Positions 38,439 to 47,465 of a stretch of DNA of 58,950 nt are shown here, piece by piece. The stretch is taken from the NCBI GenBank assembly GCA_964589815.1, contig CAZPUR010000004.1, forward strand, positions 1 through 58,950. Reading direction: 5' to 3'. This stretch comes from an uncultured Pseudomonadales bacterium (GTDB lineage: Bacteria > Patescibacteriota > Microgenomatia > UBA1400). Position 1 is the first letter of the stretch. Each line of letters opens with the position of its first letter. The notes under the pieces are model-generated. The model was not told the DNA's origin. It made no database searches and saw nothing but the letters and a program-made list of their open reading frames with translations. The translations under genes and the position numbers were made by a program.

Positions 38439-39488
38439 ATGCTGATGCATAAATCAATGGCTTTATTTTTAGGTCTACTTATTTTTTCTTTCATCATTAC
38501 CAGCATTTGTCTCGTGCCCTTTATTAATTTGCTTTATAAATTAAAGATGACGCGGAGGAAACAAAAAACCAAAGATTTTCAAAATAAACCGACTCCGATT
38601 TTTGACCGCTTTCATCAACATAAAGCCGGCACGCCGGTAGGCGGAGGCTTTTTAATCGTCGTCTTGGTTTGCCTGCTTTTTGCTTTCCTTTTCCCCTTGG
38701 GCAAATATTTGGGCGTGTTTGTGACTTATGTTTATCCTATTGCCGAAGAGATCAACATTATCTTTTTTAGCTTTTTATCTTTTGCCTTATTAGGTTTTTA
38801 TGATGATATTTTGAAATTCTTTAACTTCAAAAAAAGCGGCTTTTTTGGTCTGCGTATGCGCCATAAATTCATTATCCAGTGGATTTTAGCCTTAGTTATC
38901 AGTTTGCTTTTATATCAAAATCTTAAAATTGATATTTTTTATGTGCCTTTTGTTGGTGTTTTTCGATTGGGATGGCTTTATGTCCCTCTGGCGGCCATGG
39001 TGATTGTCGCCTTTGCCAACGCGGTTAATGTTACCGATGGCTTAGACGGTTTGGCCTCAGGAATTTTAATGATTTGTCTTTTTGCTTTTTGGATTTTATC
39101 AGCCTCAATTTTAGACACGCCTTTATCTTTCTTTATTTCTCTGTGGATAGGCTCTTTAATTGCCTTTTTATACTTTAATATTTATCCGGCTAGGATTTGG
39201 TTGGGCGATGTAGGCGCCTTGTCTTTTGGAGCTACCTTAGCGGTGGTGGGTTTGCTTTTAGGTAAAGTGATGGGTTTAGTCGTCATTGGCGGTATTTTCG
39301 TGGCGGAGATACTTTCCAGTTTGATGCAGATTGTCTGGAAGAAATTTAAAGGTAGAAAATTGTTTCCGGTAGCCCCTCTCCATCTTTGGCTTCAGTTAAT
39401 TGGTTGGGAAGAACCTAAAATCGTTCAGCGCGCTTGGTTGGCAGGAATTATGCTAGCCATTTTTGGTGTCTGGTTAGCCGTAATTTAA
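38439..39488 (+). CDS. mraY: Phospho-MurNAc-pentapeptide transferase
   Basis: KAGTPVGGG, GFYDD, NAVNVTDGLDGLA, WLGDVG, APLH. Confidence 0.95.
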   Translation: MLMHKSMALFLGLLIFSFIITSICLVPFINLLYKLKMTRRKQKTKDFQNKPTPIFDRFHQHKAGTPVGGGFLIVVLVCLLFAFLFPLGKYLGVFVTYVYPIAEEINIIFFSFLSFALLGFYDDILKFFNFKKSGFFGLRMRHKFIIQWILALVISLLLYQNLKIDIFYVPFVGVFRLGWLYVPLAAMVIVAFANAVNVTDGLDGLASGILMICLFAFWILSASILDTPLSFFISLWIGSLIAFLYFNIYPARIWLGDVGALSFGATLAVVGLLLGKVMGLVVIGGIFVAEILSSLMQIVWKKFKGRKLFPVAPLHLWLQLIGWEEPKIVQRAWLAGIMLAIFGVWLAVI

Positions 39489-39489
39489 G

Positions 39490-40590
39490 ATGGCCAGGGT
39501 TAATTTAAACCTTAAACAGATTTTAATTTTGGTTTTATTTTTGCTTCACTTGTTTTTACTTCTTAGAGTGCGTTTATTAAAAGCCCTTTTTTTTGGTTCA
39601 ATTAAGTTTTTGGATTTTGATAATTATTACTGGAGTTTAAAGGATATCTTGGCTGGGCAACATCCTTACCAATTGCCCTATATGCAAACTTTGGGTCCGC
39701 CTTTAGTCTATGTTTTTTTTCTTCCTTTTGTTTGGCTGCCTTTAAATCTGGCTAGAAGTTTGATTACCGGACTCAATTTATTCGGCGCCTACTTTTCTTC
39801 TTACCTTTTAGCTAAGAAGTTTGTTAAAAAAGAGAAGTTAATCATGACTTTAATCTTAAGTTTAATGCTTTTATCTTCTTTTACCGCTCGTTTCAATCTT
39901 TTGATGGGACAGCCGAATTTAATCATTACCTTGTCATTAACTATTTTTTTGTTGACGAAAAAATCTTACCTCCAGGGATTAAGTTTAGCTCTGGTAGCGG
40001 TAATCAAAACTTATTTAGGTTTTATTGCCGGTTCTTTGGTCCGTTTTAAAAGAAAATCTTTTTTATGGTTTGTGATTTTTTTCAGTTTCTTGTTTTGCAG
40101 CGCTTTACTAATCATTAAACCCAATTTTTACACCGATTATTTTCAAGAATCATTTTTAAACATTGCTTTTAAACCAACTTCGCTTAAAAATCTGGATTAT
40201 TATAACCAAAGTTTAAAAAGCACTTTGTCTCGTTTAGGCATGGAACAGACATATTTCTACTTTTATTCAGTCAGTTTAATTTTGGGCGGGATTTATTTGG
40301 TTTTTAGCGGCAATCAATTAGCGGCAATTCCTTTATCTCTTTTACTCTCACCCGTTTGCTGGCAGCACTATTTTGTGATTTTATTTCCCGTGATTATAAA
40401 ATTGTTTTATGACTTATGGATGAAGAAAGACCTGAAAGGACTGATTCTTTGGTCAATTGCCTTTTTTTTCTGGTGGATAGAGAGACCCTGGTTGCATTCA
40501 GGGCAAATGAATTTTTTAAACGGACTTTTGGCCTCTCATTACTTTCTCAGCAGCTTAATTTTTTTATTTTTGGCTTTAAAAAAGAAATAA
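39490..40590 (+). CDS. GT87-like GT-C membrane glycosyltransferase
   Basis: DFDNYY, PP-containing loop, GQPN, YNQS, SPVCWQHY; many TM segments. Confidence 0.7.
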   Translation: MARVNLNLKQILILVLFLLHLFLLLRVRLLKALFFGSIKFLDFDNYYWSLKDILAGQHPYQLPYMQTLGPPLVYVFFLPFVWLPLNLARSLITGLNLFGAYFSSYLLAKKFVKKEKLIMTLILSLMLLSSFTARFNLLMGQPNLIITLSLTIFLLTKKSYLQGLSLALVAVIKTYLGFIAGSLVRFKRKSFLWFVIFFSFLFCSALLIIKPNFYTDYFQESFLNIAFKPTSLKNLDYYNQSLKSTLSRLGMEQTYFYFYSVSLILGGIYLVFSGNQLAAIPLSLLLSPVCWQHYFVILFPVIIKLFYDLWMKKDLKGLILWSIAFFFWWIERPWLHSGQMNFLNGLLASHYFLSSLIFLFLALKKK

Positions 40591-40633
40591 ATAATGGATA
40601 AATAATGGAGATAATAGAGAAGTTTTTAAGATT

Positions 40634-41452
40634 TCATTTTGATGGTTTTAATGAAGGATAAAAGGTTTTAATTCTTTTTAATTCTTTCAGGTAAAAGTAA
40701 TAAGCACCTTCTCCTAAATAATTATCTCTCATTAGCTCAAAAGGGAGTTGAGGATCCTTTTTAAGAATGGAAAGATAAATTAATATTAATTGGATCTTTT
40801 TTAGTTTACCTTTTTCAACTTGATCAATGAACTTTCTATACTCACTATTTATTTTTTTAATCTCATAAACTTCCCCTAAGACATCTCTCATATCTTTACC
40901 ACCAATATGACTTCCTTCTCTTAATTCTGAAACTAAAACTAGCCCTATTGTTCCTGTTTGTTTAACAAAATCAGCAATTAATCTTTTGGGATTGTATGGA
41001 GTAATCCAGACACTTTGCTGAAGCATGCCACAACCTAATTTTTTAAGATAATTTCTTAAATAATCTCGAAATCTTTTCCTCTCTTCCGGAATATCATAGG
41101 TGATTAAATAAAGAATTCCGTCCCAAAGCCTCTTTTGTTCATATACTGGTAAGTTCCTTTTTAATCTTTTTAAGCCAAATCGAGTGATTTTAAAGTAATC
41201 TTCTTTCCTCTGAAGATAACCCTTAGTAGTAAGGTAGTAAATTGTTCTCTTCAAATTTTTTCTATGGACAATTTTTGTAAGATGAACAGCCTCGCTAATA
41301 ACGCCAGAAAGATCCTTATTACTTTTATAAGTTCCTATTAAACTCAGTTTAAAAAAGACAGTAAATAAGCATATATCAATTAAAGTGTCAAAAAGTCCAA
41401 GGGTTAACTTATTGAGTCTTTTCTTATAATTTTTTTTATGTTTTCTTGCCAT
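40634..41452 (-). CDS. PaaX-family regulator (wHTH + Cas2-like fold + PaaX C-terminal)
   Basis: WDG..YDIPEERKRFRD..LG..LQQSVWITP; DPQLPFEL. Confidence 0.82.
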   Translation of the reverse strand: MARKHKKNYKKRLNKLTLGLFDTLIDICLFTVFFKLSLIGTYKSNKDLSGVISEAVHLTKIVHRKNLKRTIYYLTTKGYLQRKEDYFKITRFGLKRLKRNLPVYEQKRLWDGILYLITYDIPEERKRFRDYLRNYLKKLGCGMLQQSVWITPYNPKRLIADFVKQTGTIGLVLVSELREGSHIGGKDMRDVLGEVYEIKKINSEYRKFIDQVEKGKLKKIQLILIYLSILKKDPQLPFELMRDNYLGEGAYYFYLKELKRIKTFYPSLKPSK

Positions 41453-41469
41453 AACTTGTTATAATTTTA

Positions 41470-41503
41470 TAATAATTGACACGCGGCCGCGTGTCAATTA
41501 TTA
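41470..41503. promoter_or_regulatory. Perfect 34-bp palindrome in divergent promoter region
   Basis: taataattgacacgcggccgcgtgtcaattatta, with ttgaca on both strands. Confidence 0.7.
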
Positions 41504-41599
41504 AGATTTATTTTTATTAAGATTTAGATTAGTATTCAGGGTAGAGAAAAGTAGTGGCTTGAGGTAGAATAAAAGAGTTAAAATAAAAAATCATCGTTT

Positions 41600-43003
41600 A
41601 TGCCAAACTTATTATTAACAGATTTAAGAAATAAATATCCAGAGTTTGTTTATCAGGACTTTTCTTATAAAAAAGTCGGTTCTGATTTAAGACTTGTTTT
41701 TGATTTTTTTATAAGACCAGATATTTATTTTAAACCTCAAATTATTATTAAAAATATTAAATTTTCTCAGTTAAACTCTCTGAATAAACAAACTCTTGAT
41801 AATTTTGTGTTTCATTTAGGCTTAATAGAGATGCTAAGTTATTGGAAGGTCACTTGTTCGCCAATAATAAGAATTGGGGCAGGTAGCCTTAGTCTTGCAC
41901 AGATTGACCGGTGGAAAGATTTATTTATTAAAGGTATGGGCCAGTTTTTTTATACCAATAAAATAGATTTTACTTCACCAGATTTTCTAGAGATTATTGC
42001 TGACAAAAACAAGAAATTCCCTATTTCTAAGAAGAAAGTTAATCAAAAAAATTTGTTAGCTTTGGTTGGCGGAGGCAAAGATTCGGCAGTAATGCTGGAA
42101 CTGTTAAAAAAAACCAAAAAAGAGATTTTCTGCTTCGCTGTTAATCCCAATAAAGCCATAAGGCAGGTTATTAAATTATCGGGAGTTAAGAATGAAGTAA
42201 TAGTAGAAAGAAGGATAGATCAGAAACTTTTAGAGTTAAATAAAAAAGGTTTTTTAAATGGCCATACTCCTTTTTCTGCTCTTTTGGCGTTTTTATCTGC
42301 TTTTTGTGGTTTGCTTTTTGATTGTGGCCAAATAGTAGTTGCCCAAGAGAGGAGTTCAAATGAGGGGAATGTTAATTATTTAGGCTATGAGGTTAACCAT
42401 CAGTACTCAAAGAGCTTTGAATTTGAAAATAAATTTAGAAGCTATTTAAATAAGTATTTAATTGCCAATTTAAATTATTTTAGTTTCTTAAGACCTTTAT
42501 ATGAGTTGCAGATTGGCAAAATTTTTTCTTCATATCCTCAATATTTTTCTATTTTTAAAAGTTGTAATGTTGGTCAGAAAACCAATACTTGGTGCACCCA
42601 GTGTCCGAAATGTTTATTTGTTTTTATTGCTCTTTATCCTTTTTTAAAATACGAAGATTTAGTGGAGATTTTTGGCCAGGATTTGTTTAAAAAAAGATCT
42701 CTTTTACCGGTTTTAAAAGGTTTGATTGGTTTAAAAGAATGCAAGCCATTTGAATGCGTAGGCACAAGAGAAGAAACTTTGGTGGCTTTGAAATTATGTT
42801 ATAAAAAAGCAGAGGAAAAAGAAGCGGAATTACCTTGTCTGCTACAGTTTTTTAAAAAGCAGATTACTATAACTAAGCCACGATCGTGGATGAGTTATAG
42901 TAAAATAAGAAGCGTGGAAGGAAACATTTTGAAAGGTTGGAATAAAGATAATAATTTACCTTTGGATTTTAAAAAGATTTTAAAAAAGGAATTAAATGAT
43001 TAA
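41600..43003 (+). CDS. murL: UDP-MurNAc-L-Ala-L-Glu epimerase MurL
   Basis: GGGKDS, NGHTPFS, SSNEG, NHQYSKS, YFSFLRP..ELQI, SCN, WC..CPKC, KPFECVG; directly upstream of murD. Confidence 0.8.
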   Translation: MPNLLLTDLRNKYPEFVYQDFSYKKVGSDLRLVFDFFIRPDIYFKPQIIIKNIKFSQLNSLNKQTLDNFVFHLGLIEMLSYWKVTCSPIIRIGAGSLSLAQIDRWKDLFIKGMGQFFYTNKIDFTSPDFLEIIADKNKKFPISKKKVNQKNLLALVGGGKDSAVMLELLKKTKKEIFCFAVNPNKAIRQVIKLSGVKNEVIVERRIDQKLLELNKKGFLNGHTPFSALLAFLSAFCGLLFDCGQIVVAQERSSNEGNVNYLGYEVNHQYSKSFEFENKFRSYLNKYLIANLNYFSFLRPLYELQIGKIFSSYPQYFSIFKSCNVGQKTNTWCTQCPKCLFVFIALYPFLKYEDLVEIFGQDLFKKRSLLPVLKGLIGLKECKPFECVGTREETLVALKLCYKKAEEKEAELPCLLQFFKKQITITKPRSWMSYSKIRSVEGNILKGWNKDNNLPLDFKKILKKELND

Positions 43004-44387
43004 AGCTTGGGAAGATAAAAAAATATTGATTCTCGGTTTTGGCCGTGAAGGTTTAAGCAGTTTGGAGTTTTTACGCCAAAAATTTCATGATAAAGAAATT
43101 GGTGTAGCTGATCAATTAAAATTTAGAGATTTAAACTATAAACTTAAAGAAAAAATTAAAAAATTTTCTCCCCTGAAATTGCATTTAGGAAAAGACTATT
43201 TAAAAGCAATTGATAAATATAACATTATTATTAGATCGCCAGGTTTGTCTATGGCTTCGCCAGCGCTAATTAGAGCCAAAGAGAAAGGTAAAATAATTAG
43301 CTCGCAGACAAAAATCTTCTTTGATCTTTGCCCGGGAATAATTATTGGAGTGACAGGGACAAAGGGCAAGAGCACAACATCTTCTTTAATCTTTGCAATT
43401 TTAAAGGCAGCCAGGAAAAAGGTTAAGTTAATTGGTAATATTGGTAAACCAGCTCTAACTTTTTTAAACGGAAATGGTAAAGATACTATCTTTATTTTTG
43501 AGCTTTCTTCTCATCAGTTAGTTGATTTAAAAAAAAGTCCTCACACTGCAGTTTTATTAAACATTGTCCCCGAGCATTTGGATTATTATAAAAATTTTAA
43601 AGAATATCTGAATGCTAAAAAGAGCTTTATCCTTTATCAAGACAAAGATGATTATTTAATTTACAATGCTTCTTTTCCTGTTACTAGAAAATTATCAAAA
43701 ATAAGCAAAGCTAAAAAAATTCCTTTTTATATTGATAGACAAAAATGCCCCGGTTGTTTTCCAGATGGAGGTAAGCTTGTTTATTGTTATTCTCAATCAG
43801 GCAAGGAAGAAATAATCAAAATAAAAGATATTCCCTTAAGAGGAAAATTTAATTTACAAAACGTAATGCCGGCGATTATCGTGGCTAAAATATTTAATCT
43901 TGATAATCAAACCATTGCTAGAGCGATTAAAAAATTTAAACCTTTACCTCATCGTTTAGAATTAGTCGGTATTTTTAAAGGCATTACTTTTTACAATGAC
44001 TCTTTAGCTACCAACCCTAATGCTACCATAGCCGCCATTGATACCTTTAAAAATAAAATTGGGACGATTTTTTTAGGTGGCCATGAGAGAAATTTAGACT
44101 TTAGCGCTCTGGCCAAACAAATTTTGCTTTATAAAATCAAAAATATTATTCTTTTTCCGGTCAATGGAAAAAGAATTTGGCAAGAGATTCAAAAAAGAGC
44201 AGGAACATTTTCTCCTCAACACTTTTTTGCTAAAAACATGAAAGAAGCAGTTAAATTAGCTTATCAACATACGCCTCAAGGGAAAATTTGTTTACTTTCT
44301 TGTGCGGCTCCAAGTTTTGGTTTGTTTAAGGACTATAAGGATAGGGGAGACCAGTTTAAAAAGTGGGTAAAGAAGTTAAGATCCTGA
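42996..44387 (+). CDS. murD: MurD-family glutamate ligase (probably MurD2)
   Basis: GFGREG, RSPG, GVTGTKGKSTT, ELSSHQL, EHLDY, HRLE, NDSLATN. Confidence 0.9.
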   Translation: MIKAWEDKKILILGFGREGLSSLEFLRQKFHDKEIGVADQLKFRDLNYKLKEKIKKFSPLKLHLGKDYLKAIDKYNIIIRSPGLSMASPALIRAKEKGKIISSQTKIFFDLCPGIIIGVTGTKGKSTTSSLIFAILKAARKKVKLIGNIGKPALTFLNGNGKDTIFIFELSSHQLVDLKKSPHTAVLLNIVPEHLDYYKNFKEYLNAKKSFILYQDKDDYLIYNASFPVTRKLSKISKAKKIPFYIDRQKCPGCFPDGGKLVYCYSQSGKEEIIKIKDIPLRGKFNLQNVMPAIIVAKIFNLDNQTIARAIKKFKPLPHRLELVGIFKGITFYNDSLATNPNATIAAIDTFKNKIGTIFLGGHERNLDFSALAKQILLYKIKNIILFPVNGKRIWQEIQKRAGTFSPQHFFAKNMKEAVKLAYQHTPQGKICLLSCAAPSFGLFKDYKDRGDQFKKWVKKLRS

Positions 44388-44404
44388 AATAAATTCAGGA
44401 TGAC
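44379..44404 (-). repeat. REP-like hairpin containing the murD stop codon
   Basis: agatcctgaaataaattcaggatgac, near-identical to 16998-17023. Confidence 0.85.
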
Positions 44405-44409
44405 AAAAT

Positions 44410-45510
44410 ATGGCTAAAAGAGATTGGGGAAATCATCGTAAAAAATCCTCATCAAAAAAGTTAGATTGGGCCTTGTTTGTTTTAGTCGGGGCTTTGACTT
44501 TATTTGGGGTTTTAATGGTCTACAATGCTTCGGTGGTGGAAGCGGATAGGGTTTTTAATGATAAATATTATTATTTAAAAAATCAAGCCTTATGGGCGGG
44601 CATCGGTTTGCTGCTGATGTTGGTTTTTTCCCGGATTAACTTTAATCTTATTAAAAAAATGGCCGCTCCCCTGTTTGTGATTAATTTAATTCTGCTAGTT
44701 TTAGTTTTAATTCCGGGAGTGGGGACGCAAATTAAAGGCGCTAGACGTTGGCTTAACTTTGGTTTTTTTATTTTACAGCCCTCAGAACTGATAAAGTTGA
44801 CCATGGTTTGCTATCTAGCTTCTTGGTTGGAGAAAAAAAGAAGAATCTGGCAATTCTTAAGCCTGATTGGTTTTATCTCTCTTTTGGTCCTGCTGGAGCC
44901 GGACTTAGGCACTTTGGCCGTAATTGTGGTTAATGCTTTTTTAATTTATTTCTTGTCCGGCGCTTCAGTTTTGAAATTGATTCCAATGGTGGTTTTAGTT
45001 TTTCTTGGAGGGCTTTTGGCGATTCTGAGCTCTTCTTATCGTCGGGATAGGCTATTAACTTTCCTCAATCCTACCCGCGACCCTTTAGGCAGTTCTTACC
45101 ATATTACCCAGGTTTTAATTGCCTTAAGTTCGGGAGGGATTTTTGGTTTGGGCTTGGGACAATCAAGGCAGAAATACGCCTATTTACCTGAGGTAACCAC
45201 TGATTCTATTTTTGCCATTATTGCCGAAGAGCTGGGTTTTATCGGCGCCGGGGTGGTGATTCTTATTTTTTTAGCCATTTTATTAAAAGGTTTTTTAATT
45301 GTTAAAAAAGCTGATCCTGGTTTCGCTCAGCTTTTATCCGGCGGCATTATTGGTTGGATTGGAATTCAAACTTTAATTAATTTGGCGGCGATGGTGGCTT
45401 TAGTGCCTTTGACAGGTTTACCCTTGCCTTTTATTTCTTACGGCGGGTCATCTTTAATTGTAACTTTAGTGGGAGTTGGGATATTATTAAATATTAGTAA
45501 AGATACATAA
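44410..45510 (+). CDS. ftsW: SEDS protein FtsW
   Basis: GARRW, QPSELIK, EPDLGT, YLPEVTTDSIFA, LPFISYGGSS; upstream of murG. Confidence 0.93.
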   Translation: MAKRDWGNHRKKSSSKKLDWALFVLVGALTLFGVLMVYNASVVEADRVFNDKYYYLKNQALWAGIGLLLMLVFSRINFNLIKKMAAPLFVINLILLVLVLIPGVGTQIKGARRWLNFGFFILQPSELIKLTMVCYLASWLEKKRRIWQFLSLIGFISLLVLLEPDLGTLAVIVVNAFLIYFLSGASVLKLIPMVVLVFLGGLLAILSSSYRRDRLLTFLNPTRDPLGSSYHITQVLIALSSGGIFGLGLGQSRQKYAYLPEVTTDSIFAIIAEELGFIGAGVVILIFLAILLKGFLIVKKADPGFAQLLSGGIIGWIGIQTLINLAAMVALVPLTGLPLPFISYGGSSLIVTLVGVGILLNISKDT

Positions 45511-45512
45511 TT

Positions 45513-45634
45513 AATTATCAAATCACAAATTCCAAATCACAAATAAATTCAAATATTCAAAATTCAAAATACAAAACGTTTAGAATTTATAATTTAGGAT
45601 TTTGGTATTATTTGTTATTTGGTGCTTGATAATT
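45513..45634. repeat. Intergenic periodic inverted-repeat element
   Basis: Terminal IR aattatcaa/ttgataatt; caaat periodic left arm, atttg periodic right arm. Confidence 0.8.
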
Positions 45635-45642
45635 GGAGTTTT

Positions 45643-46734
45643 ATGAAAAAAATAGTTTTCATCGGTGGTCATCATAATTCTGCTTTAGTGGTGGCTAAGG
45701 CCTTAAAGAAAAAAGGCTATCAAGTTTATTGGTTTGGTCATAAGCATACGATGAGAAAAGATAAAAGCTTAAGCTTGGAATTTTTGGAGGTGACTAGGGA
45801 AAAGATTCCTTTTTTTGAACTCAAAACAGGCAAGTTTTATCGAGCTTTTAATCCTCTTCAATTGATTAAAGTTATTTGGGGCTTAGCTCAGTCTTTTTAT
45901 TTACTTTTAAAAATCAAACCTCAACTGGTAGTTTCTTTTGGCGGCTATCTTTCTTTTCCGGTTTGTTTAAGTTCTTTTTTATTAAGAATTCCGTTTATCA
46001 TTCATGAGCAAACCACCAGGGCCGGCTTGGCCAACAGAATCTTGGCTTCTGGGGCAAAAAAAATTCTTCTTACCTGGTCCAGTTCTCGAAAATATTTTCC
46101 TCAGCCAAAGACTTTAGTCATCGGCCTGCCCTTATCAGAAGAATTTTTTTCCGCTAAAAAACCAAAACCGCTTTTTAAAAATCATCTCCCCACGATTTTG
46201 GTGACCGGAGGCAAACAGGGTTCTCATATCATCAATAAAAACATTGAAAAAAATTTGGAAGAGATTTTATCTTTCGCCAATTTAGTTCATCAAACTGGAG
46301 CTAATCTTAGAACCAAAGACTTTTCAAGATTAAAAAAGAAAAGATCTTTTTTATCGCTGGAGCGGCAATCGAGATATCTGATAAGTAAATTTTTCTTTGA
46401 AGAAAAAATGATCCAAATGTTTAAACGGGCGGATTTAGTTATCAGTCGCGCCGGAGCTCATACGGTTTATCAATTAGCAGTTTTGCAAAAAGCCAGCATT
46501 TTGATTCCTCTGCCTTGGGCTTATAACCAGGAACAAGAGGCCAATGCCTTGGTTTTGAAAAAATCAGGTCAAACCCTCATTTTACCCCAGTCGGAATTGA
46601 AAGATAAAAATTTGCTTAACAAAATAAATTATGTTTTAAAAAATCTGGACCATTTTAGAAAAAAGAAACTTTTACTCCCCTCCAAGGCAGCCCAGAAAAT
46701 GACCGAGGTTATTAAGAATTTAGTTAACTCATGA
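45643..46734 (+). CDS. murG: MurG glycosyltransferase
   Basis: GGHH, SFGGY, HEQ, TGGKQGS, SRAGA, QEANA; ATG 45643 after GGAG. Confidence 0.93.
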   Translation: MKKIVFIGGHHNSALVVAKALKKKGYQVYWFGHKHTMRKDKSLSLEFLEVTREKIPFFELKTGKFYRAFNPLQLIKVIWGLAQSFYLLLKIKPQLVVSFGGYLSFPVCLSSFLLRIPFIIHEQTTRAGLANRILASGAKKILLTWSSSRKYFPQPKTLVIGLPLSEEFFSAKKPKPLFKNHLPTILVTGGKQGSHIINKNIEKNLEEILSFANLVHQTGANLRTKDFSRLKKKRSFLSLERQSRYLISKFFFEEKMIQMFKRADLVISRAGAHTVYQLAVLQKASILIPLPWAYNQEQEANALVLKKSGQTLILPQSELKDKNLLNKINYVLKNLDHFRKKKLLLPSKAAQKMTEVIKNLVNS

Positions 46735-47462
46735 GATTTTTTAAAAACCGGCTTGCTTTGATTATCAAATCAATTTCTGCTTTTTTGGTTTTTGTTGGTT
46801 TAATCTACCTGGTTATTTTTATTTTTAGAAGCGATTATTTTAAAGTTTCTAATTTGGTTTGTCAAAGAAACGGTTTACCCTGCACTGATAAAGAAAAAGT
46901 TCTTTTCTTTCAGGTTTTAGGCAAAAATATTTTCACTTTAGATAGCAAAAAAATCGCTGAGGATATCAAAGCAGAGAATTTTTTGATTAAAGAAGTTGAG
47001 ATAGAAAAAAAACTTTTAAACAAAGTGGTCGTCAGGCTAGAAATTTATCAACCTTTTGCCTATCTCAGCCCAGATGAAGAAAAATGGTTTATTTTAAGTG
47101 AGAGCGGTTATCTTATGGAAGAGAAACAAGAGGCTAAAGAAAACTTGCCTAAAATTATAATTAAAAATTTGGCAGCTGATTTAAAAGTGGGAGAGAAATT
47201 AGACCAGAAGGAAATCTTATCAGCCCTGGAAATTATTGGTTTAACCAAAGACAATTCCATTCAGCTGCAAAAAATTATGCTGGATAGAGAAAAGGTAATT
47301 ACTTTAGCTTTAAATGAAGATATTTTGGCTTCTTTCTCGGCTCAGAAAAATATTGGCTTACAAGTTGACTCTTTACTTTTTATTTTGAGGCAGAGTAAAA
47401 TAGAAGGCAGCTTGCCACGATTTATTGATCTCCGGTTTGATAAACCGGTAGTAAGATTTTGA
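46731..47462 (+). CDS. ftsQ: FtsQ/DivIB-like protein
   Basis: TM plus POTRA-like region, IDLRFDKPV terminus; position before ftsA. Confidence 0.8.
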   Translation: MRFFKNRLALIIKSISAFLVFVGLIYLVIFIFRSDYFKVSNLVCQRNGLPCTDKEKVLFFQVLGKNIFTLDSKKIAEDIKAENFLIKEVEIEKKLLNKVVVRLEIYQPFAYLSPDEEKWFILSESGYLMEEKQEAKENLPKIIIKNLAADLKVGEKLDQKEILSALEIIGLTKDNSIQLQKIMLDREKVITLALNEDILASFSAQKNIGLQVDSLLFILRQSKIEGSLPRFIDLRFDKPVVRF

Positions 47463-47465
47463 TTT

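Noticed and set aside
40634-41452. CRISPR-Cas locus suggested by the Cas2-like YDIP motif
   Set aside because: The protein has wHTH and PaaX C-terminal parts; no cas1 and no repeat-spacer array is visible in the window
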